The position numbers and the translations under genes are program-made. From assembly GCA_044892505.1 (NCBI GenBank), contig CM097882.1, positions 531,278,001-531,342,000 of the forward strand: DNA of 64,000 bases, in the 5' to 3' direction. The notes under the pieces were generated by a model. It searched no databases. It worked only from the letters and a program-made list of their open reading frames with translations, and was not told the DNA's origin. This stretch comes from Schmidtea nova. Its lineage: Eukaryota. Below, one piece after another: positions 1-12,619 of this stretch; position 1 is the stretch's first letter, and each line of letters starts with the position of its first letter.

Positions 1-199
1 AATTTAGAAGGTTTAAATGCTCCTCTTACAACACGAAATAAAAGTGGGAGTGGTTTTGTAAAAGTAGAAAAAATATAATGTTTATTCTAAAAATAATAAT
101 GACAGAATCTGATAGTTGTGAATTTGGAATTTAAAATAATGAATTTAAGTATTTGTTCACCTTGTCTGGTTGAAATAATGTATTTATATATTACTGGAT

Positions 200-3100
200 T
201 TTAGAAAATGGAGGCGAGATTGGAGGAAATAATCAAACAGCTAAAGGAAACAAACAACAGTATTCTCAGAATGTCTATCTGGTTTTTAGACAAGGAGAAC
301 GAAACCTCCTTTGGGCTGAACTAAAAACAATGACCGAGCGCATGGAGAAGTTTCGTTCTCGGTGCCGATAAATTGAGGCCACATGAAGAAAATTTGCATG
401 CGATCAAAATTATGTTTTAGGTAAAAATATAATTCTATTATTAAAAATAATATATTATGAAAAAAATTTAAAAATTCAAATTGAACTTGTAAAATATAAA
501 AATTATGAATCTTAAATTTTTTATTGTTATATAAATTTTTATAAAATTTTAAATTCAAGTTTATGTAGGAAAAATTATAAATATCGGTTTTTATTTCATA
601 AAATTATATATATATATGTGTGTGTGTGTGTGATTTTACAAAGTACCCTCCTAAATCTAAGAAAACCCATAAAATCATACTTGCAGATCATTACATTCGT
701 TTCACTCATTAGTATCATCCATATCTATTATCACACACAAAAATTTATTCATCTATAAATACATGTAAATTATATCGTTTAACTCATTAACATCTCATAC
801 ACAGCATGTTACATCCAGAGAATCCATGCAAATCCATTCATTCATATTCATCGTTAACTATCCATTTCACCCAATAATACCCATGCATCCAAAATAAATC
901 CACTCCTTCACCAAAATCCATCAACCAAGCCTATCACTTAAAAATGTTACAATCCATTCAACAAAATTCAACAAAATCAATCACACAATTCAACAACATA
1001 ACCTCATCAAATTACCACACTGAAAACTGATTGTTTAATCCATAAAAGTATATATAATTACCAACTTGCAAACTACAACATCCATATCATAAAATAATTG
1101 CAAATCACAACATCCGTTAACATAAATTTTTTGTATCTCACAACATCCCTATTCATAATTAATTAAATCGATTCAGTCAACAATCATCATCCATACCAAT
1201 CGCACACTCAGAAAAAGTTATATAAAAATCCATACACCTATTTGCAGTCAGAGTAATTGCTCCATTTATCATCGTCACCTGTACAATATGTTACATCCAG
1301 GAAATTTGCATACAATTTTATTCATCTATAATTAAATTTAAATTACATCACTTCATTCGTTAATATCACCCACACAGCATACTGCATCCAGAAAACATAT
1401 TTAAACATCTATTCATCTATGACTGAAATTAAGATAATCATTTTATTCATGACATCCTATAACATAAATAACTTATAATTCTCAATACCCGATAACAATT
1501 ACTTGAAGCTGATAACATCCTATAGCGTTCACATTCTTATTTGCAGTTTATAACACCATTTAAGTTAGTTATTTTGCGGTTCATAACACCCGTTAAATTT
1601 AACTATATTAGTCAGAGAAATTTGACATTCCAATTAATAAGATCCTACAAATTTGATTAGTATTCTCGGAAAATTAGTAATTTAGTTGACAAAATTCTAT
1701 AGAATTGATTTTATTACCTAGAAAATCCAAAGACAACAACCCACAAAATTGTGAATCTTTATTGATCATGAACTATGCCAATAAGTTGAAGTTAATTCAT
1801 CGAAATAAAATTCCAATTCTAGGAAATCTATTTATGGCGTAAGTTGTAACACTGTATAAACTCCATTGATCATTCAGATTCTAACCCAGTATAAACCTAC
1901 ATATTATATAAACTACTATCGCAATTAAAGACTCTCTTATAGTATAAATTATAACCCCTTCGAAACCTGTTTACTACCCGATTGGATTTGATATGAAATT
2001 CCTTACCTGTATTAATTGAGACGGAGCCCTTTACTAGGGTCTAATATTAAAATTCATCCGAATAACCTTTGGGATTTATTCCTAGTGATAAGTAAAACTT
2101 AATATGTCATCTTCCTAGGTTATGAAATTTTTTATTAACCCAATTCAACTGCAATAAAATTTATTTTTATGTATTAAGTTATAATACAAAAGCCAATCTG
2201 AGGTCTATTATTCTAAAATTGGTCGTCTAATAACTATCAAGATTCAGTCAAGATAGACGAAAAATTCGAAACTGAATATTTTGAGGGTTTTCACATGTTG
2301 TCATGCTGCAATTAGATTCATGAATAATCAATGATCCTTGCCGAAAAAAATCCACGCGTAGAGCGAGAGTGCGCGACACCAGAAATGAGAATTTATTTCT
2401 GATGGCTAGATTCGCTTTTAAAAATATATATTAAAAATATATATCCATTTTCCAAATTTATTAAACGAGATGAAGAAACAACTCAAGCTATTTCACGAGC
2501 AGGCTGCCGAGGACGCTCTTCAGATGAGAGCTTTGAAAGTAACGATATAGAATCGCGACGCCAAAATCGCGCAACTTTGAGTCGATACCGGCATCGTCTC
2601 AGTTATGCAGTCTAAGATAGAATACCCCGATCTGGAACTGTTTCCAGTGCTGGCAATTGAAGTGATATCATGAAACAAATTCAATTCAGATTCAGGTGTC
2701 GGTCAACTAAAACTATGGCGGCTGAGCAAAAGAGTGTGGGCCCAGTGAAAATGGCGCCAGGAAGCCTGGCTCCTAGATCAATTGAGATGGAACACAACAG
2801 AAACAATCGATTTGTCGATCACAGCTTGAACTAATGATCTCTGATAAATTCGGTGTACATTCTTGTGTAATTAATGATATTGAATAGTAATTATGTGCAC
2901 TGTACTATTTGGTTGCTTAAAAATTGATTTGATTGAATGAAACTAATATCAACAATAATTTAAAGATTGATTTGAATGAATGAGATAAATATCAGTAATA
3001 GATATGAAATTCAACTCGCCAATAACCCTAGAGTTCATCAGAGAGTGAATGGTTTCTCCATGATTTTATTAGTTGTCATAATCTTAGTATGATACAAAAT

Positions 3101-3345
3101 AGGATAAGGGACTCAAAATGAGCAATAAACCTTCTATCGATTGCCCTTGAACCAACTGTGATATTCGGTCATCAATAGTTTCTAGATTTATTGCGACGCT
3201 CACCGTTTGCAAACATCTACCCATTTGTTGCATTGTAGCAGGTAACAAGATGGTTACCAAATGTTTTATGTGTTGAGTTATTGATGTAATTTCCTAGTAA
3301 CGTCTAGGTCATATTGGCGATCAACAACCCACACCTTTGGACTAC
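200..3345 (+). repeat. Unclassified repeat family A, copy 1 (degraded coiled-coil ORF), interrupted by unit C at 388-2471
   Basis: 200-387 and 2472-3345 are colinear with the uninterrupted copy at 39530-40345. Confidence 0.7.
388..2471. mobile_element. Unclassified 2.1-kb mobile unit C, copy 1
   Basis: Reverse complement found at 41747-41884, 46755-48560 and 49293-49528 with different flanks. It is absent from the family A copy at about 39710. Confidence 0.75.
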
Positions 3346-3927
3346 TTTATGTGTATTTGTGGATAGTTTGAAACTCGGTAAAGTTGTATTTAAATTTGCT
3401 TTCAATTCTTATTTATTTAAATTTATTTTTAAGTTCTTTCCAGGCTTAACACTAAGCAATTATCAGGGATTAGAAGTTTTAGACAAAACCTTTCGAAGTG
3501 TTTTGCTCATCTCCCCATAAATCATTTGTGTCGTTACTAATTGGGCTTAGGTAAAAAATTATTTATGATAAAATAAAAGTTTAAAGGAATACAAAATTTA
3601 ATATTTCATCAAATAAAAAAATAGTAAGTTTAAATTACCTTCAAATCATTTAATCTTAAATATTTAAAAAAAATTTTGTTCTAGTTAAGAAAATGTAAAC
3701 AATAGTAAAAATATTTGCTTTTTGATTGTATGAAGCCAATAAGTTAAGAATATTCGAAATAATAAAATAAATCAAAAATTGTTCTGCATTTATAGATAAA
3801 TAAATAATTTTGTTTAAAAATGTATTTTCTTTAAATTAAATTGATAAATTAAAAATAGAATAGATTTAAAAAATATAATCTTATATTTTTAATTTTCTCA
3901 CTCATAACTACAAGTATTTTATACCTT

Positions 3928-4324
3928 ATGTCAACCAAAGAACAAAAAAAATCTAAAGATATCGTTTCCAAGTTAACAAACTTTTTCAAGAAAAAACAAA
4001 TAGATTCAAGATTTAAAAATGCTGGAGAAGGCCATAGATTATGTGACAATACAAGGCAGCCGATTATCAATATAAAACCGCAATATATTCCCTCTAATAG
4101 AAACGAGTTCTCAGAAAGTTCATATAAAGCTGGCGAAGCAGCATTAATTCGCAATGAAAATAAAATGAACAAATCAGTTCCGAAATCTCTGAAACCTGTG
4201 TCTAATTTGAATGATTTTAAGAACGAATTCGATAGAGATAAAGAAGAACTAGAAAAGGCTTATGATCTACAAACGCGAGCATTCGGCGGAGAAATACAAG
4301 TTGAAAAGCCCGAACAATTAAGCA
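3928..4324 (+). CDS. UBXN6: UBX domain-containing protein 6 (UBXD1), exon 1 (N-terminus with VIM-like motif)
   Basis: KLTNFFKKKQIDSRFKNAGEGHRL resembles the UBXN6 N-terminus (KKFFQEFKADIKFKSAGPGQKL). KAGEAALIR fits the AAxxR VCP-interacting motif. GT donor at 4325, phase 1. Confidence 0.85.
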
Positions 4325-4834
4325 GTTTGTTTATGCATTTTTCCTTTACAATCATGTCAAATTATTTTAAATTGATGATATTTATAATTAACCCGTTAAT
4401 GACATTTACTTTAATTTGACTTTGGAACATCATATACCCAACGTTCCCTCTAAAACGAGAGGGTCTCTGCGCGGAAAATAAAAAAGGCTGAGCAGGCCAA
4501 ATCACAAACTGCGCAACATAATTTTTACATTTATACAAACTTCGATATCATATTTGAAAATTTTGTATTTTAATTTATTCTATAAAAATTAAATAAGCAT
4601 TATTTAATAAATTTTATTATTTATTCATATAAAAAAGCAACAACATAACAAAAATGGTTCTTTAATAGTTCTTTTATTATAAACATAGATAAAAAAGAAA
4701 AATATTACATTTCAAAATAATACATCAGAAACATATCTTATTTATTGTTCTCTAAAAGATATGAAATCAAAACACGAAAAATTACTTCAAATATAATTTA
4801 AACATAACAAAATCAATATAATTTTTTATTATTT

Positions 4835-7673
4835 TTATAAGTTTAGTTTTTCACGTCGTTCTTTACGATGAATCCAAACATTATACACTTCATCCAGGTC
4901 AATCTTTATTTCTTGCAATATACAAGATTTAATTCTCATTAAATTGTCTAAATGTTCAATATTTAATTTGTTGCGTGTTTTAGATTTGATAGCGTTCATT
5001 AAGCTGAATCCACGCTCATAGTCCGCACTTGAAGCTTGAAATGTTCCACAAATATCGTAGAGAACTGAAATTTTCTTAAATTCTTCGTCTTTCAGAGCAT
5101 ACATTATTAAATCATTGAATGATTCTATACAACCAGCTTTGTTTTTTTCATTAATTAAAAACTTAAAATCGGTATATCCTTCGGTATATATATTTTGCAT
5201 AAATAATTTTCATCGTCGGTTTTAATTATAGATTGATATTTCATGCATAATTGTTTTATGCTCTTTTCCATGCTCTATGTTCAAATTATTTCTCATCTCC
5301 ATAAGGATCAAAAAATTCCACTCTTTTATATCTTCATCGGGAAATCTATCATCTAAGTGAATGCAAAGTAATCGTATAAATTGAAGAATTGAGGATGTAT
5401 CTATATTATGTTGATTTAAAATGTTCTGCACCTCCACATTCCAGAAAACTACTTCGCCTAAATATTGTGTTCTTATTTTATTTAATTTAGCCTTTGCAAA
5501 TTGGTGAGCTTCCATCGATGTTAAATTACTCCTTTGCAAAATTTTATTTAAGTTTGCCAATTCTCCGAATACATTATGAAGTATCATGCATGCTACTCGA
5601 TATTTTAGATCTTTAAGGTATTTTAAACAGTATTTGCTTATGGGATCATTAGATACCTCAACTTGCTCTGTGCAGTAATTTATTAACACATCATAATTTC
5701 TTATTATAGCATTTAGTGCAGAATATCTTGATAGCCATCTTACTTCATCGAGAGGCCTGAACGATATAACATCGATATCAAAAATATCAGCTAATTTTTT
5801 AAGTTTTACAATTTTTACAGATGACCTACTAAACATGGTATATATTGTTCTTAAAAGGATTTTGATTTCTTTAATTAAAGGCACCTGTTTCCAAGCATTA
5901 TCTATTCCTAGATCTTCCCTGTGAGTCAAACAGTGTTGTTGATTCAAGTGTTGAATTTCTTCTCGTAACCGCGCAGCTACGCCATTTTTTTACCCAACAT
6001 TACAGAGACTCCATCGGAAGTGAACATAATCATTTTTTGTAAATCAAGAGAATTTTCTTTATAAAATTTTTTTATTCCTCGTACGATAGAAACACTGTCA
6101 CAATTAGATAAATTAACAATTCCAGCAAATATTGTTTTATAATATAATTCAGAAACTGGTCTATTTTTCATATATATTATCAATTTTTTTTCCAAAGAAA
6201 TATCTGTACTTTCATCCACTATTAAAGTATGAAATGAAGATGTTCTTATTTCATCCATAATCTCCTTCAGCAAGACTGTATTAATACATTCTACATATTC
6301 GAATGCATAATTTTTGCTGCGCCATGAATCAGAAATTTTAATGTATTTTCCAACATGATCATGTATTTTTTGTACGGAGAGCATAAACGAATCTATGGTT
6401 ATTGCTAAAATAATATTATCGATCAAAATTTTAATCATGTTTCTGTCTACTTTTTTGCGTTCCGCATATTCTAATCTGATACTTCGATATTCAGGGATTT
6501 CAGTCAAAATTCTTAAAATCCCCCCATTTTTTTATTTCGAATAGAAATGACTGTGTAAAAGTTAATATTTACTTGTTTAGACTGTTTTAAGGTACGTTGT
6601 TGTAAAAATGCGCAGGGAGAAATGTAAGTGCCCGAGAGAGTCAGCCCAATTATTGTGGGGACACTCGGGGTGTATGCTGTATAGAAATTACAGAAATAAT
6701 AACAAAATATAAATTTCTACAAGATATAAATAACAACAGAGTAACTCGGTTAATTTAACAAATTTTATTTAACCAAAATGAAATGAAAAACCACTATCAA
6801 TTACTTTATTTTTTTGGTGGTGGTAAATAGGATACTGTTATAGGATAGGATACTGTTATTATTTTCGAATGTTGTATATAGTAGTTATCTTCTGTGATTA
6901 CCGTTATTATTTTCGAATGTTGTATATAGTAGTTATCTTCTGTGAGAGCGGTGACAGTTAGATTAGAGGCCAATTTAGTCCGGGCAATTTGATTATTTAG
7001 TGAGAAGAAAGACGAATTGAGATTAACTTGCTTTGATTAACTTGAATTTCCAATTTCTTTTTTGTCTTCGTCTTTTCACTTTTCTTTTGTTAATTTATCA
7101 AAGTTTCTTAAATTCTGTATAATACTGCTTATTTGCTTTTTGACGTTGATATATTTTTCAATCAATATTTTTTAATTTCTGATTTCATAGCTTACTATAG
7201 TTTATTACTATAGTAAGCTGAAGAATTCAAATTTTAAATTTGAATTCCTATAATAATAATAATAATAATAATAAAAAACATAACCCCCAACATAAAGCGC
7301 CTAAATAACGTAAAGGAGGGGGTTCCGGTATGCACAGTACCATACTCAATACAAATAATAAATAAAAATAATAATAAATACAAATAATTGATAAAAATTT
7401 CCAACTTTCATATACACAACAGACTGAATCAATGTGCACTTTTTGACTTAGGTGTCGCTTCAAATAGTCTAATTTCCAATCGATCCATTTTTTGCCACTG
7501 GTAAATTCAAAATAATATTCAAAAATGTCTCCGAGTTTCACTGTTGAAATTTGCGATGATTTTGATAATGGCATTTCGGTTTCAATTGACAAAGAAAGCC
7601 ATTCAAGTTTGAATTCCTCACAACTTTTCTTGTTTTGTGATATCTTACAATGACTTGCTGAACGTTTTGACAT
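4835..7673 (-). pseudogene. hAT transposase (ZNF862/C17orf113-like) broken into four ORFs
   Basis: Motifs IVDESTDIS, FTSDG, HCLTHR (CxxH), VRWLSR and ASSADYERGFSLMNAIKSKTRNKL (dimerisation domain) occur in order across 7673-7422, 6507-5977, 5947-5222 and 5200-4835. Confidence 0.9.
6583..7421. mobile_element. Probable solo LTR inserted in the hAT transposase
   Basis: Non-coding insert with TG...CA termini; GACTG at 6580-6584 and 7422-7426. Contains a 48-bp-period duplication (6855-6945) and two short palindromes (about 7190-7247). Confidence 0.6.
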
Positions 7674-9574
7674 CTAGGGTAAAATAAAATATTTTATTTA
7701 ATTTTCAAAAATGAATATTGTTTAGCGATAGTGTGTGTATATATAATACTTACAGCACAACTATATGCAACTATAATAGTTGTGCTGTAAGTATTATATA
7801 TGCGCACACTATCGCTAAACAATATTTATTTTGCAAATTAAATAAAATATTTTATTTTACCCTAGATGTCGCAAATTTCAACAGTGAAACTCGGAGACAT
7901 TTTTGAATATCGCAGCAATACGAATGATGTAATTTGTAAAATTTGCACTCAAGCGAATTCTAAAGGTGAATTTTACCTCGGCAAATTAGAAAAAAAAAAT
8001 CATTTATTGGAGTTATTGGATTACTTTTAGTTGTAACTTACAACTAAAAGTAATCCAATAACTCCAATAAATGAATGAAAAAATGACGCGTACGCAACAA
8101 AATACAGTTGACTTCAAAAATTCAAAGCGAACTACTCTCTTCGAGGTAATATTGACTACTGAAACGTAGACACAGTACTTGCAGTACGCCCAGCCAGAGA
8201 ATAGCCCAATCATAAATGGTTAATCAAGGGTTGTAGTGGGGATTCGCAAGTTTTGTAGACGTCACTGTTCTTTCCGTGCGAACATTGGTACAATTTAAAT
8301 CTTATTTTTGTTTTTATTTTCGAAAATTCAAATTAATTTCCAATAGTAAAAAAAATTTTTGATCTCATGGTTTTTGGAGTGCGCGCTAGGTTGTAATCAC
8401 TGCGCGGAACATTTAAAACTGCTGCGCGGCCGCGCACGCTCGCACCTTAGAGGGAACGTTGCATGTACCACTGGTGGTATAAGGATTATTTCTTTTCTGG
8501 CAGTCGTACGTTATTCATGGCTTATGGTGTATGTATTTTGTATTGGGTTACAATATACTTATAGCATTTTTGAATCTCATATTTTTTTTACTTAGGACAA
8601 TGGTAAATACACATCGAATTTTCGTATTGTTCATATACCACTATTGGTACAGAAACATTTAAATTTTCACTTTAGAGTTCATATTAAACTTTGTGTGTAC
8701 TACTAGTGATACACAATGTCATAAGCATGTTTAATAAAAATGGTTTAAAACATCATTACATACCCTCACATTTTCCTTATAGAATTAATTCAGGTTGCAT
8801 AAATTCCAGCTATTCTAAATTTCGTTAAATTAAAATCTCGTTAAATTAAACAGTTTCATCAAAATGGAAAAAAATATATTTACAAAATATTAAAATTAGA
8901 AATAAGTTTTATAAAACGAGAAATAAAAAAAATAAAATAGCTCCTGCTATTAACTCGCCATCAGGCAAAATAAAAATTAAGTTTTCTATTTTTATAGTAA
9001 AGTTATTTTCTTTTCTTTCAACTAAAAACCTATCGGATTTTACTTTCAAATTGTGAGGTTTGTTTTCATTTTTTATCCAGATTCTTATTAAATGTCCATC
9101 ATCCTTATATATGGTAACTACATGAGAATGATTTTTTGCATGACGGGTATTGCATCTGATCGTTTTCATTCTCCGCTGAGTATTAGCATGCTTGTGACTG
9201 CTGAAGCGATTGTGAAAAGGTTTCGGAGTCGTGACTCTTCATTTCCGACCTGTTTACTGTGAACTGGCTATATAGATAAATAAAAGTCTTGTTTTAAATA
9301 AATTTTATTGAACAAGAATACACTCTTAATGTTTTCAATCAATAATTCAGATTTTAATATGGGTGCGTGTTGTGTAAAGTTAGATGTTGTTTCTTGCTTG
9401 TTATTTTTGCTTGCAAAAATTAGATGTAAAGTGTTTTTGCCTGTTTTTGGTTTTGTTTCTCAGGATTAGGTTTGATCTGATTTTATGGGTTTTATTCTCC
9501 TATATATGCTAAATTTTCTCATAAATATTTAAAATAAGGAGTAATTTGAAAAATAGTACATTAAATTGAGGTTT

Positions 9575-9700
9575 TTAAAAAAATAGAACACTCTTTGTAA
9601 TCATTTAAAAAATAGAACACTTTTTCGAATCATTTTAAATATAGGACAATATTTTAAATCATTTAAAATATAGAACACTTTTAGGACTCATTAAAAAAAT
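9575..9700. repeat. Minisatellite, about 29-30 bp unit x4-5
   Basis: Repeated variants of atcatttaaaaatagaacactttt directly upstream of the RT fragment. Confidence 0.7.
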
Positions 9701-9704
9701 AAAA

Positions 9705-10241
9705 TATGTTCCATTAAGTGAGACGATTGATCTGTGTTGTGAGTTGTGAAAAGAGAACATGGTTGATGATCAGACATTAGATGTAATTGCTTTTCGTGAA
9801 TCGTTGATATTTGCAACCTCAAATGTTGCTTTTCTTTTTGATGATAATTGGTATCAGCAAGTTGATGGAGTGGCGATGGGATCACCTTTAGCTCCAACTC
9901 TTGCGTCGATTTTTCTTTCAAAATTAGAGAAAAAGATTTCTGATTTTCCTTTTTCTAAGCCTAAGATATATAAACGTTACGTTGATGATATTTTTTTAGT
10001 ATTTTCGAATGCTGATGATGTTGTTCCTTTTTTAAATTATATGAATGGGCTACATTCCAATATTAAGTTCACGGTGGAAGAAGAAGTTAATGCTTTTCTT
10101 CCATTTTTAGATTTGTTAGTGGAACGAACATCTAAGGGTTTTGAAACAGAAGTATATAGAAAGCCAACTGATACAGGTCTATATACTACTGCTAATAGCT
10201 TTTGTGATTTTAAATATAATAAAAATATGATTAAGGGTTGA
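9705..10241 (+). mobile_element. Penelope-like element reverse transcriptase fragment
   Basis: YVPLSETID, YQQVDGVAMGSPLAPTLASIFL, YKRYVDDIF, IKFTVEEE...LPFLDL, VYRKPTDTGLY are PLE RT motifs. Truncated at both ends. Confidence 0.9.
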
Positions 10242-11439
10242 ATATTGTTTCCAATCGATCTTCTTTGTCTCTTTGTAGACAACGTCTCATTTAATTTCTA
10301 CGATGTTATATATAACTTTCGGTATAATTGTAGCGGATTTTTTAGAAGGGTTCTATTTATCGGAGAATGTCTTTTAATTTTTTGTCTCTGACCCATCTTT
10401 TGTGATAATTGACAACTTGGTAGGTCAGATTCGATATCTTGATTTGTGTAGCTAGGTTTTTTTACAAATGAGCACGTTAATCTATTCTGTGACATGGCTA
10501 TTGCACATGATAGGCTATTCATTCGCACTGCCAGCTCATTGAAGTCATTCGATATGCTTCTGTCCTCTCATACTAGTTTGATGACAACTGAGCAGTTGCT
10601 GGTTGTTATTAACGGGATTCTTTGTTGACATATTGAAACCTCTATTTTGTCATATGGAAGATGATTCTATGTGATCCTTCTGCTACCTCTGTCGACATTT
10701 TTGTATTTGTTCCTTGAGTTTGACTCACAGAGCTTCATTGGATTTGATGAAATGCATTTCTCGTTCTTCTATGTCATATCATTTAATATACAGACCTTAT
10801 TCATGAAACTTGGGAATCCGTCTGTGCATATTTTATTATGGAGGTTTTTGTAGGAAATAGTATTATGCTTATTTATTAAGCATACATACTTTTGGCTTTG
10901 GTGGATGAGCGATTGATATTGTTAGTGATTCGATTTATTTAAGTTCATGGTTCTTTGAGGATTTGATTGGTTGTTGAGTTTCTCTGATGACCAATTCGTC
11001 ATATAAAATATAAATTTTCATATTTGAAGCATATTGCTGGTTTAACCTTATACGCTAATTTATAAATAGGAATATATAAACTTTTAGTTAATATTATTGA
11101 CCAGGTTTTATCATACCAATATGGACCTGGTATGTATTGGTCCAAATGTAAATGCCCTGGTACACTTATGAACACTAGGCTCCGATACCACTTCCTTTTC
11201 CACATGTACCTTTGTAAATTTGTATGCTGGTTACGACAGCCTAAATTACTAATGCCACTATAGATGATTATATAACGTAAAAGGGCTACCGTGGTTTTTT
11301 ATCTTTAATTTGAAAAGCTTGTGATTCGTTCCATTTATTAATTACTATCGGTTTTCCGGGTGATAATTTAATTGGAATTTTTCCTACCTTTCGGGGTGTT
11401 TCTCTGATGTACTTTTTATGATAAATTGCATGGATAGAT

Positions 11440-11660
11440 GTAAATAAAAAACAAATTCAAAAGGAAATTAATAACAGGCATTCGAGGTAGGAGACCTTGT
11501 ATTAGTAAAGAAAGATATTCGAAATGAAAATGATGAAGAGGCTCAGAGGAAATTATTGAGCTTTGGATTATAAATGGAACATGTTTAATAAAAAACATTT
11601 TAAAAAGAGGGGAATGTGAGATATTAAACTAAATAAAAAACTAATAATAATATTAAACTA
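11440..11660 (+). mobile_element. Gypsy 3' end relic (integrase tail, PPT, LTR start)
   Basis: FEVGDLVLVKKDIRN resembles 46320-46370. Purine tract aaaaagagggga is followed by TGTGAG at about 11615. Confidence 0.6.
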
Positions 11661-11709
11661 ATAAAAACCCAGTTTGCTGTGTTGAATGAATGACTGAAAT
11701 CTTTGCTGA

Positions 11710-11710
<1 letters not shown>

Positions 11711-11784
<74 letters not shown>
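11711..11784. repeat. (TA)n microsatellite
   Basis: Direct read. Other (TA)n runs at about 18267-18342, 25943-25968, 33489-33516, 49246-49292, 53945-53990 and 60020-60104. Confidence 0.98.
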
Positions 11785-11788
<4 letters not shown>

Positions 11789-12529
11789 GTTGGACCAAAA
11801 ATAATTGCCGTTTTTAACCATCAACTTTAAAACTGTATCTCAGGTTAAAATAAAGTTTATTAATTGAAATAAAATCCATTCGAATCTACACATTTTTGCT
11901 AACAAAAAACAAGTTTATTTATTCCTTTAGCATAAAATTCTTGAGTTCTGGAAATGAAATCTTCGCAGGCTATTTTAGCTTCTGTTTGATTTTTTAATTT
12001 TCTCCATGCAAGAAGTGGTCAAGGTGCTTGAAGAAGTGGTAGTTGGTTGATGAGTGACCTGATGAGTAAGCTGGATGAGGTAGAGTTTTGTTTAATTCGT
12101 ACGGCACCCATTTGTCGAGCTTTTTTGATTTTCCAATTTGGTGATAATGTTGAGCAACTGTTGAATGACCAGCGTTCAGTTCTTCTGCAAGTTCTCGATT
12201 TTTTAGCGTGGGTCTGCTTTAATATTGGCCCTCAATTGGTCGTTGACAATTGCAGAAGGGCGTCCGCGATTCTCAGCATCTTCAAGACTTTCATCTCCAC
12301 TACGAAAATTTTGGAATCAATGCCAAGCTGTACGTTTGTTGATTGACTCCTGGCCAAATGCTTCAGGTGCATTATGGTCTAGTTTGAACTCATACAATAA
12401 AATCGATCGAATTTGCACTTTTCCATCTAATATAAACAGCAAATATTTTACAAAAAAATTAACATAAATAATATGAGTATTAATAAATTAACATAAATAA
12501 AAACAGTAATTATTTTTAGTCAAACCTAA
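11785..12529 (-). mobile_element. Internally deleted mariner element
   Basis: TIRs TTAGGTTGGACCAAAAATAATTGCCGTTTT / AAAACAGTAATTATTTTTAGTCAAACCTAA with TA flanks. The - strand encodes IRSILLYEFKL, FRSGDESLED..RGRP and KLDKWVPYEL fused to LPHPAYSS..TNYHFF. Confidence 0.9.
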
Positions 12530-12619
12530 TATATTGTTTAATATTAAATTATGATAAATAAATTTTTATGTGAACGTTTTTAATACAAGAAACTGTGACA
12601 AGAACTCTAATTCTAATAC

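Larger units (their letters stand above)
4439..8461 (-). mobile_element. hAT DNA transposon (4.0 kb), defective
   Basis: 15-bp TIR CAACGTTCCCTCTAA / TTAGAGGGAACGTTG. 8-bp TSD CATATACC (4431-4438) / CATGTACC (8462-8469). Confidence 0.92.

Noticed and set aside
630-1500. Alternative genetic code or telomere-like repeat to explain the C/A-rich stretch
   Set aside because: UBXN6 and TE ORFs read normally in the standard code; no fixed short telomeric unit is present.
8909-9169. 86-aa ORF between the hAT and the PLE
   Set aside because: No recognisable motif, and the length is within chance range.
11624-11824. YIYI-repeat ORF (also 29512-29842, 33346-33541)
   Set aside because: Translation of TA-rich microsatellite.
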